Below, one piece after another: positions 38,229-47,997 of a DNA stretch of 64,000 bases; positions within the stretch are counted from its first letter, which is position 1, and the number at the start of each line of letters is the position of its first letter. The stretch lies in contig CAVYES010000005.1 of the NCBI GenBank assembly GCA_963767735.1, positions 32,001 to 96,000 on the forward strand. Direction: 5' to 3'. The translations under genes were made by a program, and so were the position numbers. The notes under the pieces were generated by a model. That model saw only the letters and a list, made by a program, of their open reading frames with translations. It was not told where the DNA came from and did no database searches. The stretch comes from Candidatus Bathyarchaeota archaeon. Lineage in GTDB: Archaea; Thermoproteota; Bathyarchaeia; Bathyarchaeales; Bathycorpusculaceae.

Positions 38229-39224
38229 ATGCCACAAGTAATAGAATGGGTAAATGCAGGCGCAGATGACATAATTTACAAGGATCCAAACGAAGATATC
38301 ACCTGGGGCGCTCAACTCGTCGTGCATGAGTACGAAATGGCCGTGTTCTTCAGAGACGGAAAAGCCTATGACGTTTTCGGCGCTGGCAGACACACCCTGA
38401 CAACGTTGAATCTGCCTTTGCTTACTAGTTTGCTGACTCGTATAGCAGGGTTCGGCTCCAACAAACCTTTCAAAGCCATGGTCATCTACATCGCCACTAA
38501 AGTTTTCAATGGCAAATGGGGAACAAGCGCACAAACCACCGAGTTAGCTCCACTTAAAGTGTTCGGGCAATTTCTCTTCAAAATCGAAGATGCAACACTG
38601 TTTGTGACCCAGGTCGTCGGTGGACAAAACGCTTACACAACCGAAGACGTAAATGGCTTCCTCCGAGGTTTCCTAAATGAAAAGATAATTGCAGAAATTT
38701 CACACTACGACTTGGTCACGGTCTTCACTCGGCTTCAAGAGACATCAGTGATAGTTAAGAACTCAGTCATGGATTACTTCAAACGCTTAGGCATCGAACT
38801 AACAGACTTACGTTTCGAAGGCATCGACACCACACCTGAGTACCGAGAACGGCTGTTTTGGCTTAAAACTGGAAGCGTCTCAGCGGATACGGTCTTGCGC
38901 ATGGAAACAGTGAAGAGTTCAGCGGCGTCTCTAGGGTCAGGCGGTGGCGGCGGGGGAGCAGGAGCCTTAGGCACAGGCATGGTGCTCATACCTCAAATTA
39001 TGAATTCAGCAGGTCAAGTGCAAGCACAAGCACCCACAGCCGCACTAGTGATATGTCCCAAATGCGGTGCGCATGTTCCCGCTACATCGAAGTTCTGTCC
39101 TGAATGCGGAACCTCACTTACACCTCCATCGGCTGCCACAATTAATTGTCCGAAATGCGGCCACTCAATTCCTGCAGGCTCCAAAGTTCTGCCCCGAATG
39201 CGGCGCAACAATAACGTAGGCTGA
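38229..39224 (+). CDS. SPFH/Band-7 domain protein with double zinc ribbon
   Basis: QLVVHEYEMAVFFRDGK, GRHTL; CPKC/FCPECG repeats (last one frameshifted). Confidence 0.85.
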   Translation: MPQVIEWVNAGADDIIYKDPNEDITWGAQLVVHEYEMAVFFRDGKAYDVFGAGRHTLTTLNLPLLTSLLTRIAGFGSNKPFKAMVIYIATKVFNGKWGTSAQTTELAPLKVFGQFLFKIEDATLFVTQVVGGQNAYTTEDVNGFLRGFLNEKIIAEISHYDLVTVFTRLQETSVIVKNSVMDYFKRLGIELTDLRFEGIDTTPEYRERLFWLKTGSVSADTVLRMETVKSSAASLGSGGGGGGAGALGTGMVLIPQIMNSAGQVQAQAPTAALVICPKCGAHVPATSKFCPECGTSLTPPSAATINCPKCGHSIPAGSKVLPRMRRNNNVG

Positions 39225-39231
39225 CATAGTA

Positions 39232-39603
39232 ATGTCTGAAAGTAGACGGCAACTGCTGACTATTGGCGTTTTCTTCATAATCATAGTAGTCGCCATACTG
39301 CTTTACCCAGCAAATGTAACTCATAACGGATGGAACATTCTACAGTTAATCATCGTTTTGTTCGGAGTGTGGATGCTGGTTCTTGCGGGCATGAGAGCTC
39401 AAAGCCCTGAGAAATACGAACGTTCGGCATATAGCACGGTGCAAATGGGCGTGCTCCTGATGGCAGTAGGCGCAGCATGGTTCCTGTTTGGCTACAGTTG
39501 GATCTACTCGTTAGCTTTGCTGCTGCTTGCGCTGGGCGTGATAGCTATCGTTTCAGCTATGAGACGAAAGCCACCACAAAAAACGCCACAAACAACGACT
39601 TGA
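39232..39603 (+). CDS. Four-TM membrane protein
   Basis: Hydrophobicity pattern; operonic with the SPFH gene. Confidence 0.75.
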   Translation: MSESRRQLLTIGVFFIIIVVAILLYPANVTHNGWNILQLIIVLFGVWMLVLAGMRAQSPEKYERSAYSTVQMGVLLMAVGAAWFLFGYSWIYSLALLLLALGVIAIVSAMRRKPPQKTPQTTT

Positions 39604-39612
39604 GCCTCTTTT

Positions 39613-41275
39613 TTGGCTCTAAACATTTTTCTATTCCAACGCACAGTTCACAATGGCAGAAGGCTCAACTTTATGAGTGAAGAGACGATTGGACACGGCA
39701 CATGGTACGACCTGATGGCCAAGAAAGTTATCGAAAGGGAGCAATCGCTAAACCGAGACATGAGTAAACTGCGGACAGAGATGGGTCTTGGCGCCTCAGG
39801 TTTTCCCCACATCGGTAGCTTAGGTGATGCGTCGCGTAGCTACGCGGTTACGTTGGCGTTGAAGAACTTTAATTGTAATTCTGAACTTGTTGCTTTCTGC
39901 GACGATAAAGATGGTTTACGCAAGGTTCCCGTAGGGCTCTCTAAAGACTTGGAAAAATACCTTGGGTTTTCAGTCTCCTCCATACCTGACCCCTTTGGCT
40001 GCCACGAAAGCTATGGGCAACACATGAGTTCGCTATTGCTGGATGCCCTAGATAAATGCGGCATAGAATACAAGTACTACTCAGCCAAACAAGTCTACGC
40101 GCAAGGTTTACTTCTAGATGAGATTCGAACCATACTGACAAACGCCAAGAAAGTAGGCGAAATCGTCAAAGAAGAGGTAGGCCAAGAAACCTACACTGAG
40201 GTTTTGCCGTTTTTCGCGGTTTGTGAAAAATGCGGGCACCTCTACACAACCCGAGCCTACAAGTTTGATCCCAAAACCGATAAGGTCTCGTATAAATGTG
40301 AAGGTCTTGAAATCCGAGGCAAACTAATAGCAGGTTGTGGTCATGAAGGCGAAGTGGACATAAAAAGCGGCGAAGGCAAGCTAACTTGGAAAAGCGAATT
40401 CGCAGCCCGCTGGAAAGCGCTGGATATACGGTTTGAAGCTTATGGGAAAGACATAGCTGACTCCGTACGCATCAACGACCGAATTTGCCACGAAGTTCTA
40501 TGTTTTGAACCGCCTTCCCACGCAAAATACGAAATGTTTCTCGACAAGGGTGGAAAGAAAATTTCCAAATCAGCAGGCAACGTATTCACGCCTCAAGTGT
40601 GGTTTCGTTACGGTTCTCCCCAGTCGCTGCTTCTGCTGATGCTTAAACGCTTTGTCGGCACACGAACCCTAGACGTATCCGACATTCCCTTGTACATGAA
40701 TGAGCTTGATTCCCTCGAAGACATTTATTTCGGCAAAAAACAAACTAGCGAAAAAGAAGCAACCCGGCTTAGAGGTTTATTTGAGTACTGCTATGTTATG
40801 AAGCCGCCAGCTAAGCTCAGGCGTTCATGTACCTTACAATTTAATGGCTTTTCTGGTTAAAATGGCGCCTAAAGAATGCGTAGACGTCTACGTGGCTGAG
40901 AAACTGCAAAGCTACGGTTACCTGCAAAAGGGTCAAGCCTTAGATGAAAACTTGAAACAGCGAATTGCGTATACATCGAACTGGATTAGGGACTTTGAAG
41001 AAATCAAAGAGACCGACGTCACCTTGAAGAGCGAAGAGAAAAAAGCAATCACCGAGCTAATTACACAGCTGGAAACTGAGGAAGAGCCAGATAAAATACA
41101 GAACGCCATCTTCAACGCTGCAAAAGCCAACGGCATACAGCCCAGCGGCTTCTTCAAATTGCTCTACCAGATTTTGATGGGTGCACCGCAGGGTCCACGC
41201 TTAGGTCCATACGTGCTTGCCATGGGCAAACAAAACGTTGTTGCTGCACTGCGAAGAGCGATAAATAAAAATTAA
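39613..41275 (+). CDS. lysS: Lysine--tRNA ligase, class I (frameshift near 40820)
   Basis: GASGFPHIGS, KISKSAGN, GPRLG; likely start 39673. Confidence 0.93.
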
Positions 41276-41683
41276 AACTGCCAAGGCTATATCCCCACAC
41301 GTTACTTCGTTTTTTAATCCCCTTGTTTGTAGTGTAACCTTCATTTGTGATTAGTTTCAAGATAATTTTGAACTGGCTGTTTTCAGTTGCTTTTTTGAAA
41401 TAAAGCTTGAATCGTTTGCACGTTGAGTGAAGAAAAGTGACAAAAAGTGGGCAAAAGTGAAGGAAAGTGAGGAGAAGTGAAATAAAGAGAATAAAAGTGA
41501 AAGGCGATCAAAAGTTGCGGGTAATGGCTTCTAAATTTCAAATTTTTTTCTGCAATTTTCTGTTCTTTGTGTTTTGGGTTGCTTTTTTGGAACAAGCTTT
41601 AAATCAAAGTTAGACTACGGTTAAAAAAGGTTAGTAATGGTTAAGTCTGGTTTAAAACGGTTGTATTTGGTTGGAAAAGGTTT

Positions 41684-41968
41684 ATGCCACTAACACGTTC
41701 AGTAAGCTTCAAAGCAGCCATAGGCAAAGGAAACCGAATACAAATCCCCACACTCATCAGATGGGAATTCAAACTAGAACCCACCCAACCCCTAACAGTA
41801 CACGTCCGATTGTTCGGCCGCGGAATCGACGAAACCTTCTACACAAAAATGAACAAAGACGGACGAATAACAATCCCCAAAATAAACGCAGAACTAATAA
41901 AAACACAACTACCCAAAGAAACAACCCTAAACCAATACGCATTCGAAATAACCCTAAAACCAGCATAA
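41684..41968 (+). CDS. Tandem AbrB/SpoVT-like DNA-binding protein
   Basis: KGNRIQIP and KDGRITIP repeats. Confidence 0.7.
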   Translation: MPLTRSVSFKAAIGKGNRIQIPTLIRWEFKLEPTQPLTVHVRLFGRGIDETFYTKMNKDGRITIPKINAELIKTQLPKETTLNQYAFEITLKPA

Positions 41969-42217
41969 CCAAAGAAACAGAAGAAAACGCACACCCCCGG
42001 GAAAGGAACATAAATGGCTTTAGAACTTTCTATAGCCCAAGAGGCACCAGTCCTACCTGTCGCAGTTTTCATCCAGTTCCTTTTCAGCCGCTTCAAAATC
42101 TTTCGCTATAAAGCGAGCGATCGTCAATCCTTCCCCCTTCGCACACACGACCACGCGCCGCGCGAAATTTAAGTAGTAGAACCACGAGTGTAGTAATCCA
42201 GAAAAAAGCATGGACAG

Positions 42218-42293
42218 GGGCTCGTCGTCTAGTACGGATTATGACACCGGCCTGCGGAGCCGGAGGTCCTGGGTTCAAATCCCAGCGGGCCCG
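42218..42293 (+). tRNA. tRNA-Arg(GCG)
   Basis: GGGCTCG/CGGGCCC acceptor stem; CCGGC-CT-GCG-GA-GCCGG anticodon arm; CTGGG-TTCAAAT-CCCAG T-arm. Confidence 0.95.
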
Positions 42294-42320
42294 TCTTAAC
42301 CATTTTCCAAGGAAAAAAGA

Positions 42321-42348
42321 GGATTCGCTTAATGTTTTAAACGAATCC
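42321..42348. repeat. 11-6-11 palindromic site GGATTCGCTTA-ATGTTT-TAAACGAATCC
   Basis: Arms are inverted with one mismatch; same left arm as 44631-44658. Confidence 0.75.
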
Positions 42349-42533
42349 TTTTGAAAAGTTAGGCTTAGAGCGCGCTATCCAAAAAAACCAAAAAGACTGA
42401 AATGATAGACCGAAAAAGCAAAACTGCCACACAATTAAAGAAACAAGAAAACACGAAAATCACTTGCAGGCAAAACCGAAAATCTCTGTTTAGAGACCAG
42501 AAAACAAAAAAACAGCACTTTACGTTGTTTGGG

Positions 42534-44258
42534 TTAGTTGAGCTTTTTCTTGCCGCGTATGAACCATGCCAAGATTACGAAGATAAACACTATGAGGATA
42601 ACGATGACTACTATGAGCCAATCAACCACACCGAAAACAGCTGCTGCCGCAGTAGCTGTCGGCGTTAGAGTAGGCGTTGGAGTTACAATAGCCGAAGCTG
42701 TGACAATTACAGCGGTAGATTGAGGCGAAGTCGCGTTTAAACTGTCAGTAACTGTTACTGTAATCGAGTAAGCCCCTGCGGATGCAGGAGCAAAACTAAA
42801 CGTGGACGCAGTCGCACTAGTCTGAACAGCTCCATCCACATACCACTGATAACTCGTGTAAGTGCCTGAACCGCCACTAGCCGTAGCATTGAACAGTTGA
42901 GACTGACCCACATCTAAAGCTGCAGTTTCAGGAGAAATAGTGACAGTCGGAGCAGCATTCACTGTAACCGTTGTAGCGGTAGATTGAGCCGAAGTGAAGA
43001 GTGAACTGTCAGTAACCGTAGCAGTAATCGAGTAAGCCCCTGCGGATGCAGGAGCAAAACTAAACGTGGACGCAGTCGCACTAGTCTGAACAGCTCCATC
43101 CACATACCACTGATAACTCGTGTAAGTGCCTAAACCGCCGCTTGGAGCAGCAGTAAACATCGTAGATTGACCCACATCCAAAGCAGCAGATTCGGGAGAC
43201 ACATTAACAGTCGGACCAGCATTCACCGTAACAGAGGTGGCTGCAGACGAAGCTGTAACTGGGATACTGGCGCTGTCAGTCACTTGAACCTCGAAACTCC
43301 ACGATCCCGTAGTCGTAGAAGCAGAAGTGTTGAAACCGTAACTGGTTTCACTGGTGGAAATTGCGCCTGAAATAGGTGAGAAACTTCCTCCAGGAGCCTC
43401 CTCAAACCACTGAAACGTATAGGGAGAAGTGCCCGTAGACACAATAGTAGAAAAAAACAAAGTGCTATTCTGACCCTGCTCAATCGTACTCTTGAAAACA
43501 GACACAGATGGAGCAACCAAAGCGGAATTTACCGTAACCGTTGCAGCGGTAGATTGAGCCGAAGTCGCGCCTGAGCTATCAGTAACCGTCGCAGTGACAG
43601 AGTACGACCCTGGGGATCCAGGAGAATAATTAAACGTGGACGCAGTCGCACCAGACTGAGACACCCCACTCACATACCACTGATAACTCGTGTAAGAACC
43701 TGAACCGCCGCTCGGAGTGGCCGTAAATGTAGTGGACTGACCCATATCCATAGTCCAAGAAGAGGGCGACACACTCACAGTCGGAGCACTCACGCTTATC
43801 ACCGAGACTGTATCGCTATCAGAATTTGTGACATAGGTATATGTGCCGCTGGGCGTAACAGCCACATCAATAGGCCCGATTCCAACGGTTATCGTCGCCG
43901 TCACAGTATTCGTGGCCGTGCTTATCACCGACACCGTACCGCTGCCAGAATTCGCAACATAGGTATATGTGCCGTTGGGCGTAACAGCCACACCGACAGG
44001 CGCGCTTCCAACTGGTACCGTCGCCGACACCGTATTCGTAGCGGTGCTAATCACCGACACTGTATTGCTGCCGTTATCTGCAACATAGGCATATGCACCG
44101 TTGGGCGTAACAGCCACACCTATAGGAAAGCTTCCAACGGTTACCGTCGCCGCATTCTGCGCTCGAACTGGCTGAGGCAATAATGCGAAAGCACAAAACA
44201 AGAAGCTGATAAGAAGGATGCAACCAACTCTCAAAGTCTTTGTTGCCCCATGCCTCAT
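42534..44258 (-). CDS. Cell-surface protein: YVTN repeats, Ig/PKD-like repeats and C-terminal TM
   Basis: Signal peptide; three P.GVAVTP.G...YV.N repeats; about 88-aa YQWY repeats; 108-bp exact duplication 42760-42867 / 43024-43131. Confidence 0.88.
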   Translation of the reverse strand: MRHGATKTLRVGCILLISFLFCAFALLPQPVRAQNAATVTVGSFPIGVAVTPNGAYAYVADNGSNTVSVISTATNTVSATVPVGSAPVGVAVTPNGTYTYVANSGSGTVSVISTATNTVTATITVGIGPIDVAVTPSGTYTYVTNSDSDTVSVISVSAPTVSVSPSSWTMDMGQSTTFTATPSGGSGSYTSYQWYVSGVSQSGATASTFNYSPGSPGSYSVTATVTDSSGATSAQSTAATVTVNSALVAPSVSVFKSTIEQGQNSTLFFSTIVSTGTSPYTFQWFEEAPGGSFSPISGAISTSETSYGFNTSASTTTGSWSFEVQVTDSASIPVTASSAATSVTVNAGPTVNVSPESAALDVGQSTMFTAAPSGGLGTYTSYQWYVDGAVQTSATASTFSFAPASAGAYSITATVTDSSLFTSAQSTATTVTVNAAPTVTISPETAALDVGQSQLFNATASGGSGTYTSYQWYVDGAVQTSATASTFSFAPASAGAYSITVTVTDSLNATSPQSTAVIVTASAIVTPTPTLTPTATAAAAVFGVVDWLIVVIVILIVFIFVILAWFIRGKKKLN

Positions 44259-44630
44259 TCTTTCACCTCACCAGTCAAAACCCTTAGCTGATGTCAGCGA
44301 AATGTCTGGAGTGTAAGTGCAAGTACGAGCTGTATCTTGCATGCCAGCCGGCGAATGAGCAAATTGATAACGAAATTAGAAAATTGATAATTACGATTCG
44401 TAGTTTCTTTATGCTTTTTTCATCCCCAAATTTCTTACTCTGCTAAGCTCTTCGTACGAATACAGATTAACCTTAACTTACATGTTAGCTGCTTATATAC
44501 GCATAACATTTGCGCTATTCACCTCATACAGATTAAGGAAGGTACCAAAAAACACACGATAAATTGTAAAAAAACATTACGCTATATGAATAAACAAACG
44601 TAACACAACCATGAAAATAGCCGCTGAATA

Positions 44631-44658
44631 GGATTCGCTTAAATAATTAAGCGCATCC
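44631..44658. repeat. 11-6-11 palindromic site GGATTCGCTTA-AATAAT-TAAGCGCATCC
   Basis: Second copy; overlaps the tRNA 3' repeat. Confidence 0.75.
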
Positions 44659-44734
44659 CAGCGGGCCCGCTCCATTTTAGGTTCGGGTGTTTAAACAGTT
44701 CTATAAAGTAGTGGGTAGAGACAAACCAGCGCGC

Positions 44735-46051
44735 TTAGCTGCTTAGCGTTTGGATGTTCGCGACCTGCCCAGTGTCTGCCCATATCCCGACGCCTATGCT
44801 GTTAACTCCTCCCGGGTAGACCTTGTCGAGATACAGCGTTATGTACCAGTAAGGGACTAAGGTAAGGCCTGTTCGAGGTGTAGGATAGAACACTGCCGAG
44901 ACGGGTTCTTGAAGTACGGTGAAATTGGAAACTTGTACTCCGTTCGCTTTCCAAGTGAACGTGTTCGCCGCATCTCTGGCGATTTGAATTGCTTGGTTTT
45001 GTGTGATGTTTACTTGGGTGTTGCCGACCGAGTAGAGGGGCCAATCGTCGCTCAAAGTTGTCAGGATGCCGTTTTCATACACTATTTGGAGGCTTTTGGC
45101 GGCGAAATCAATGTTATTGTCCGTGTACAGCAGAGAGAACTGAGCATTTTCTCCGTCTAAAGAAATTTCTAGTTTGACGTTGCCCAACGTTTGGTCTTGC
45201 TGTGTTTCGGTGGCACCGGATAGAAGCTGGCTCATCTGATTCAGGTAGGAAGCATTGTCAACAGACTCGTATCTTGTTATGATTTCTCTCACCGCCGTTA
45301 AGAAGTCAGTCGGTTGACGTTGAGTGTAGATCGGGGTGAACGCTGTCACTCCTTCAATCACGTTTAGTTGAAAAAGCGAGAAGTTACCGTTCCTAAACGT
45401 TAAGACCAAGTTAATGTTGCTTGCGTTGTTCACAAGTGAGTATGTCAACACTTCCTCATTAATGCCTGGCATGTCGGCCTCGGGTCCCGAAGTGTCACTG
45501 AGAAGGGTCACTTGATATTTTGTGACATCTATCTGGAAAACGTCCTTTATGATGACCATTGCCTCGTCAGCAGAGGTGCTTCCCGAGAGCAATTGCTGAT
45601 TCTGCGATTGCACCTTTTCAAAACTAGCGCCCAAAGTGTTGTAGTCCTTAGACAGCTGATTATAAGAGGCGTATTGACCGTAGGTCATGCTTGCCAAAAT
45701 CACGATACCTATTATGAGGATTGCGTACAGCGACTTCCACCTCAAAGGAATGGACGAAAAGCTTTTCTTTTGGACTGAAGGGGCATCTTCCGCTCCCCTC
45801 ATCATTACTGCAGCGGCTTCACCGAAACTGGATAATTTGTATTTTCCGTCTTCTCTCTTCATCAATAGCTCGCCGAGGCTTTCAAGGTGATAGGTCAGAT
45901 GTGAACTTGGAATCCCGAGGTGATCAAGAATCTCCGAAAAAGTCATCGGTTTTTCCGAAAGCATCCTAAGGATTTTGCGGCGTGCTGGATGCCTCAAAGA
46001 ACTGAACATTGTTGAGTAGGTTTCTTCTTCCGATTCAGACATTTCAAGCAC
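44735..46051 (-). CDS. ArsR-type wHTH - TM - extracellular domain one-component regulator
   Basis: SLRHPARRKIL...SSHLTYHL, one TM segment, large polar C-terminal domain. Confidence 0.82.
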   Translation of the reverse strand: MLEMSESEEETYSTMFSSLRHPARRKILRMLSEKPMTFSEILDHLGIPSSHLTYHLESLGELLMKREDGKYKLSSFGEAAAVMMRGAEDAPSVQKKSFSSIPLRWKSLYAILIIGIVILASMTYGQYASYNQLSKDYNTLGASFEKVQSQNQQLLSGSTSADEAMVIIKDVFQIDVTKYQVTLLSDTSGPEADMPGINEEVLTYSLVNNASNINLVLTFRNGNFSLFQLNVIEGVTAFTPIYTQRQPTDFLTAVREIITRYESVDNASYLNQMSQLLSGATETQQDQTLGNVKLEISLDGENAQFSLLYTDNNIDFAAKSLQIVYENGILTTLSDDWPLYSVGNTQVNITQNQAIQIARDAANTFTWKANGVQVSNFTVLQEPVSAVFYPTPRTGLTLVPYWYITLYLDKVYPGGVNSIGVGIWADTGQVANIQTLSS

Positions 46052-46229
46052 TTTGATACACTAACGTGCTCCGTTAGATTAATTTTTCTAATAAAAAACC
46101 AAATGCCCCGTTTAGTCAATAAATGCAGAATCAACTTTTGTTCAGTACATTTTTCTTGTGTCAATAAACCTTTACAAGAACCGTTTTATCGGAAAATACA
46201 CTCATGCATGAAGCGTCAGAGGAGCAGCT

Positions 46230-46601
46230 ATGAAAAGATGCGGAACTGGTCAAGTGCAAGATTTCGCTTGCGAGTGTGTAGCGCCATTAAGCTTTGAGAC
46301 GAAATGCGTTACAGTGGCGATATTCGAAAAAGAAGGAAAGACAATCCTGCAACCGCTGATAAGCGAACAAGACGCCAAAACAATCCAAGAACTGTTCCGA
46401 ACCGAAACTCTTGAAGTTTGGCTATCTAACGGCAAATCTTCCTATTCCGTTTTTGATGTCGATATACTAAGGTACAAACAAGTATCGCAACCGTTGACGA
46501 AATGCAGCAAAATCGCAAATCAAGTGTATTTGAAAAACCTGTTTGCAGGCATCGTTTCTTGTGAGCAATGCCCACTGGATGATGAAGCGGGTGGCTTGTG
46601 A
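46230..46601 (+). CDS. Cys-containing hypothetical protein
   Basis: 123-aa ORF coupled to the downstream gene. Confidence 0.55.
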   Translation: MKRCGTGQVQDFACECVAPLSFETKCVTVAIFEKEGKTILQPLISEQDAKTIQELFRTETLEVWLSNGKSSYSVFDVDILRYKQVSQPLTKCSKIANQVYLKNLFAGIVSCEQCPLDDEAGGL

Positions 46602-47997
46602 AATGGCAACAATCAAAAAAGCGGTTGCAGAACGCGCGCCCAATATTGCGCTGGGGACCTTTTCGAGTCCGAGAGATAGCACACTAAACGTACTGTCAGC
46701 TATCAAAAACGCGGAAAAAAATCACGATTTCGCAGCAACGATCAAAATCTTGGATGAGGCATGCCGGAAGTGCACCCCATTAACTCCGCTCGAATGCATC
46801 TCACGATGCAAAACCTGGAAGTTGAAGAATGAGCTTAGAATACTCCATAAGAACATTGAAAACCCAGATTTCAAAAGAGACCTGATGAATGTACTGAAAA
46901 ACGACGCGCGACTGCACATTCTAATGATGATCGCTAAAGGCCACTATTCAATTCACAAGATTCAACAAGAACTCAGAAAGACGGGTCACGCACTCAGTCA
47001 AGACAACATTGTTGTAGAATACTTGCGTCCATTGCTGGAAGTTGGACTTGCCGTCGAGGCTCAAGACTGTTACTACACAACAACGTTCGGTAGAAGACTC
47101 ACAGAATTGATCGGAGGTTCAGCGAACTTAGTGAACTTGCTACCGGCTCGATCCGAATGCTACGAGGAAACTGTACTCAGAGCTTTACTCAGCGGACCCA
47201 AAACCTTTGAAGACATAAACGGGTTTGTCTCCCAGAGGGCCGTCTCGCGAATTTTAAAGAGACTGGAAACGGTGGGCTTGGTAGAAACACCAAAGGAAAG
47301 AGCTTACATATTTTTCTTCAGATCAAAACGTGACCCTACAATGGAAAAGCCTTCCTCTGCTGAGAGCAAGGTTTACAACGGCGTGCCTCACGAGGGAATT
47401 TCTGTACAAAAACTTGCCGAAAAAACAGGATTTGCGCTAAGGACAATTTACAAACTTCTGAGAGGACTGAAGGGAAAGAAGCTAGTGTTCACTAGAAAAA
47501 CGCCTAAAGCTTACCGTCTGACTGCAAAAGGCGAAAAGTTGGCTTCGCTTCTGAATGCGCTCTATATTCTGGTTGAGGAAACGCTGAGCTCCTCTGAACA
47601 AGTCTTCAAAGACAACGAAAACATAGCCCCACAGGTCTCAGGTTTGACTGCCGCCCGCTATTCAAGCATGCCAAGCGAACCAACTTTCCCAGCTGAAGAG
47701 AAGGCTGAAACGACGAGACGGTCTCAACTGGAAATGTGTGTGGATATCTTGGAGGTCTTGACTCGTGAGGGTCCGTTGAACCTGATGCGTGTTATGCAAA
47801 ATGCTAATGTCAACTGCAGCATGCTGAGGGAGTGCCTTGGCTTCTTGACTAAGCAGGGACTGGTTGAAGTTAAGGCCATTGGAAAAGAAAAAAAAGTCTA
47901 TGCGGTCACTCAACTCGGCTTGACAGTGCTTAAGCAGTTCCGCGATCTCAAAGAGGTGCTTCCCATAGTTGTAGAAACAGGAGTGCGCGCTATATGA
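46543..47997 (+). CDS. Multi-winged-helix protein with N-terminal Cys cluster
   Basis: CRKCTPLTPLECISRC, then about four wHTH units (YYTTTFG, YRLTAKG, RRSQLE...YAVTQLG). Confidence 0.75.
   Translation: MQASFLVSNAHWMMKRVACEMATIKKAVAERAPNIALGTFSSPRDSTLNVLSAIKNAEKNHDFAATIKILDEACRKCTPLTPLECISRCKTWKLKNELRILHKNIENPDFKRDLMNVLKNDARLHILMMIAKGHYSIHKIQQELRKTGHALSQDNIVVEYLRPLLEVGLAVEAQDCYYTTTFGRRLTELIGGSANLVNLLPARSECYEETVLRALLSGPKTFEDINGFVSQRAVSRILKRLETVGLVETPKERAYIFFFRSKRDPTMEKPSSAESKVYNGVPHEGISVQKLAEKTGFALRTIYKLLRGLKGKKLVFTRKTPKAYRLTAKGEKLASLLNALYILVEETLSSSEQVFKDNENIAPQVSGLTAARYSSMPSEPTFPAEEKAETTRRSQLEMCVDILEVLTREGPLNLMRVMQNANVNCSMLRECLGFLTKQGLVEVKAIGKEKKVYAVTQLGLTVLKQFRDLKEVLPIVVETGVRAI

Larger units (their letters stand above)
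42294..44669. mobile_element. tRNA-Arg island A (surface-protein cassette)
   Basis: Ends in a 15-bp copy of the tRNA 3' end ATCCCAGCGGGCCCG (44655-44669). Confidence 0.75.

Noticed and set aside
40800-40860. Programmed frameshift or pseudogenisation of lysS
   Set aside because: No slippery motif, and many neighbouring genes have similar indels; sequencing error is more parsimonious
41383-42278. Overlapping ORFs 41383-41595, 41671-42111, 41769-42011, 41839-42096 and 42093-42278
   Set aside because: Products of skewed low-complexity sequence, or antisense to the AbrB-like gene and tRNA-Arg
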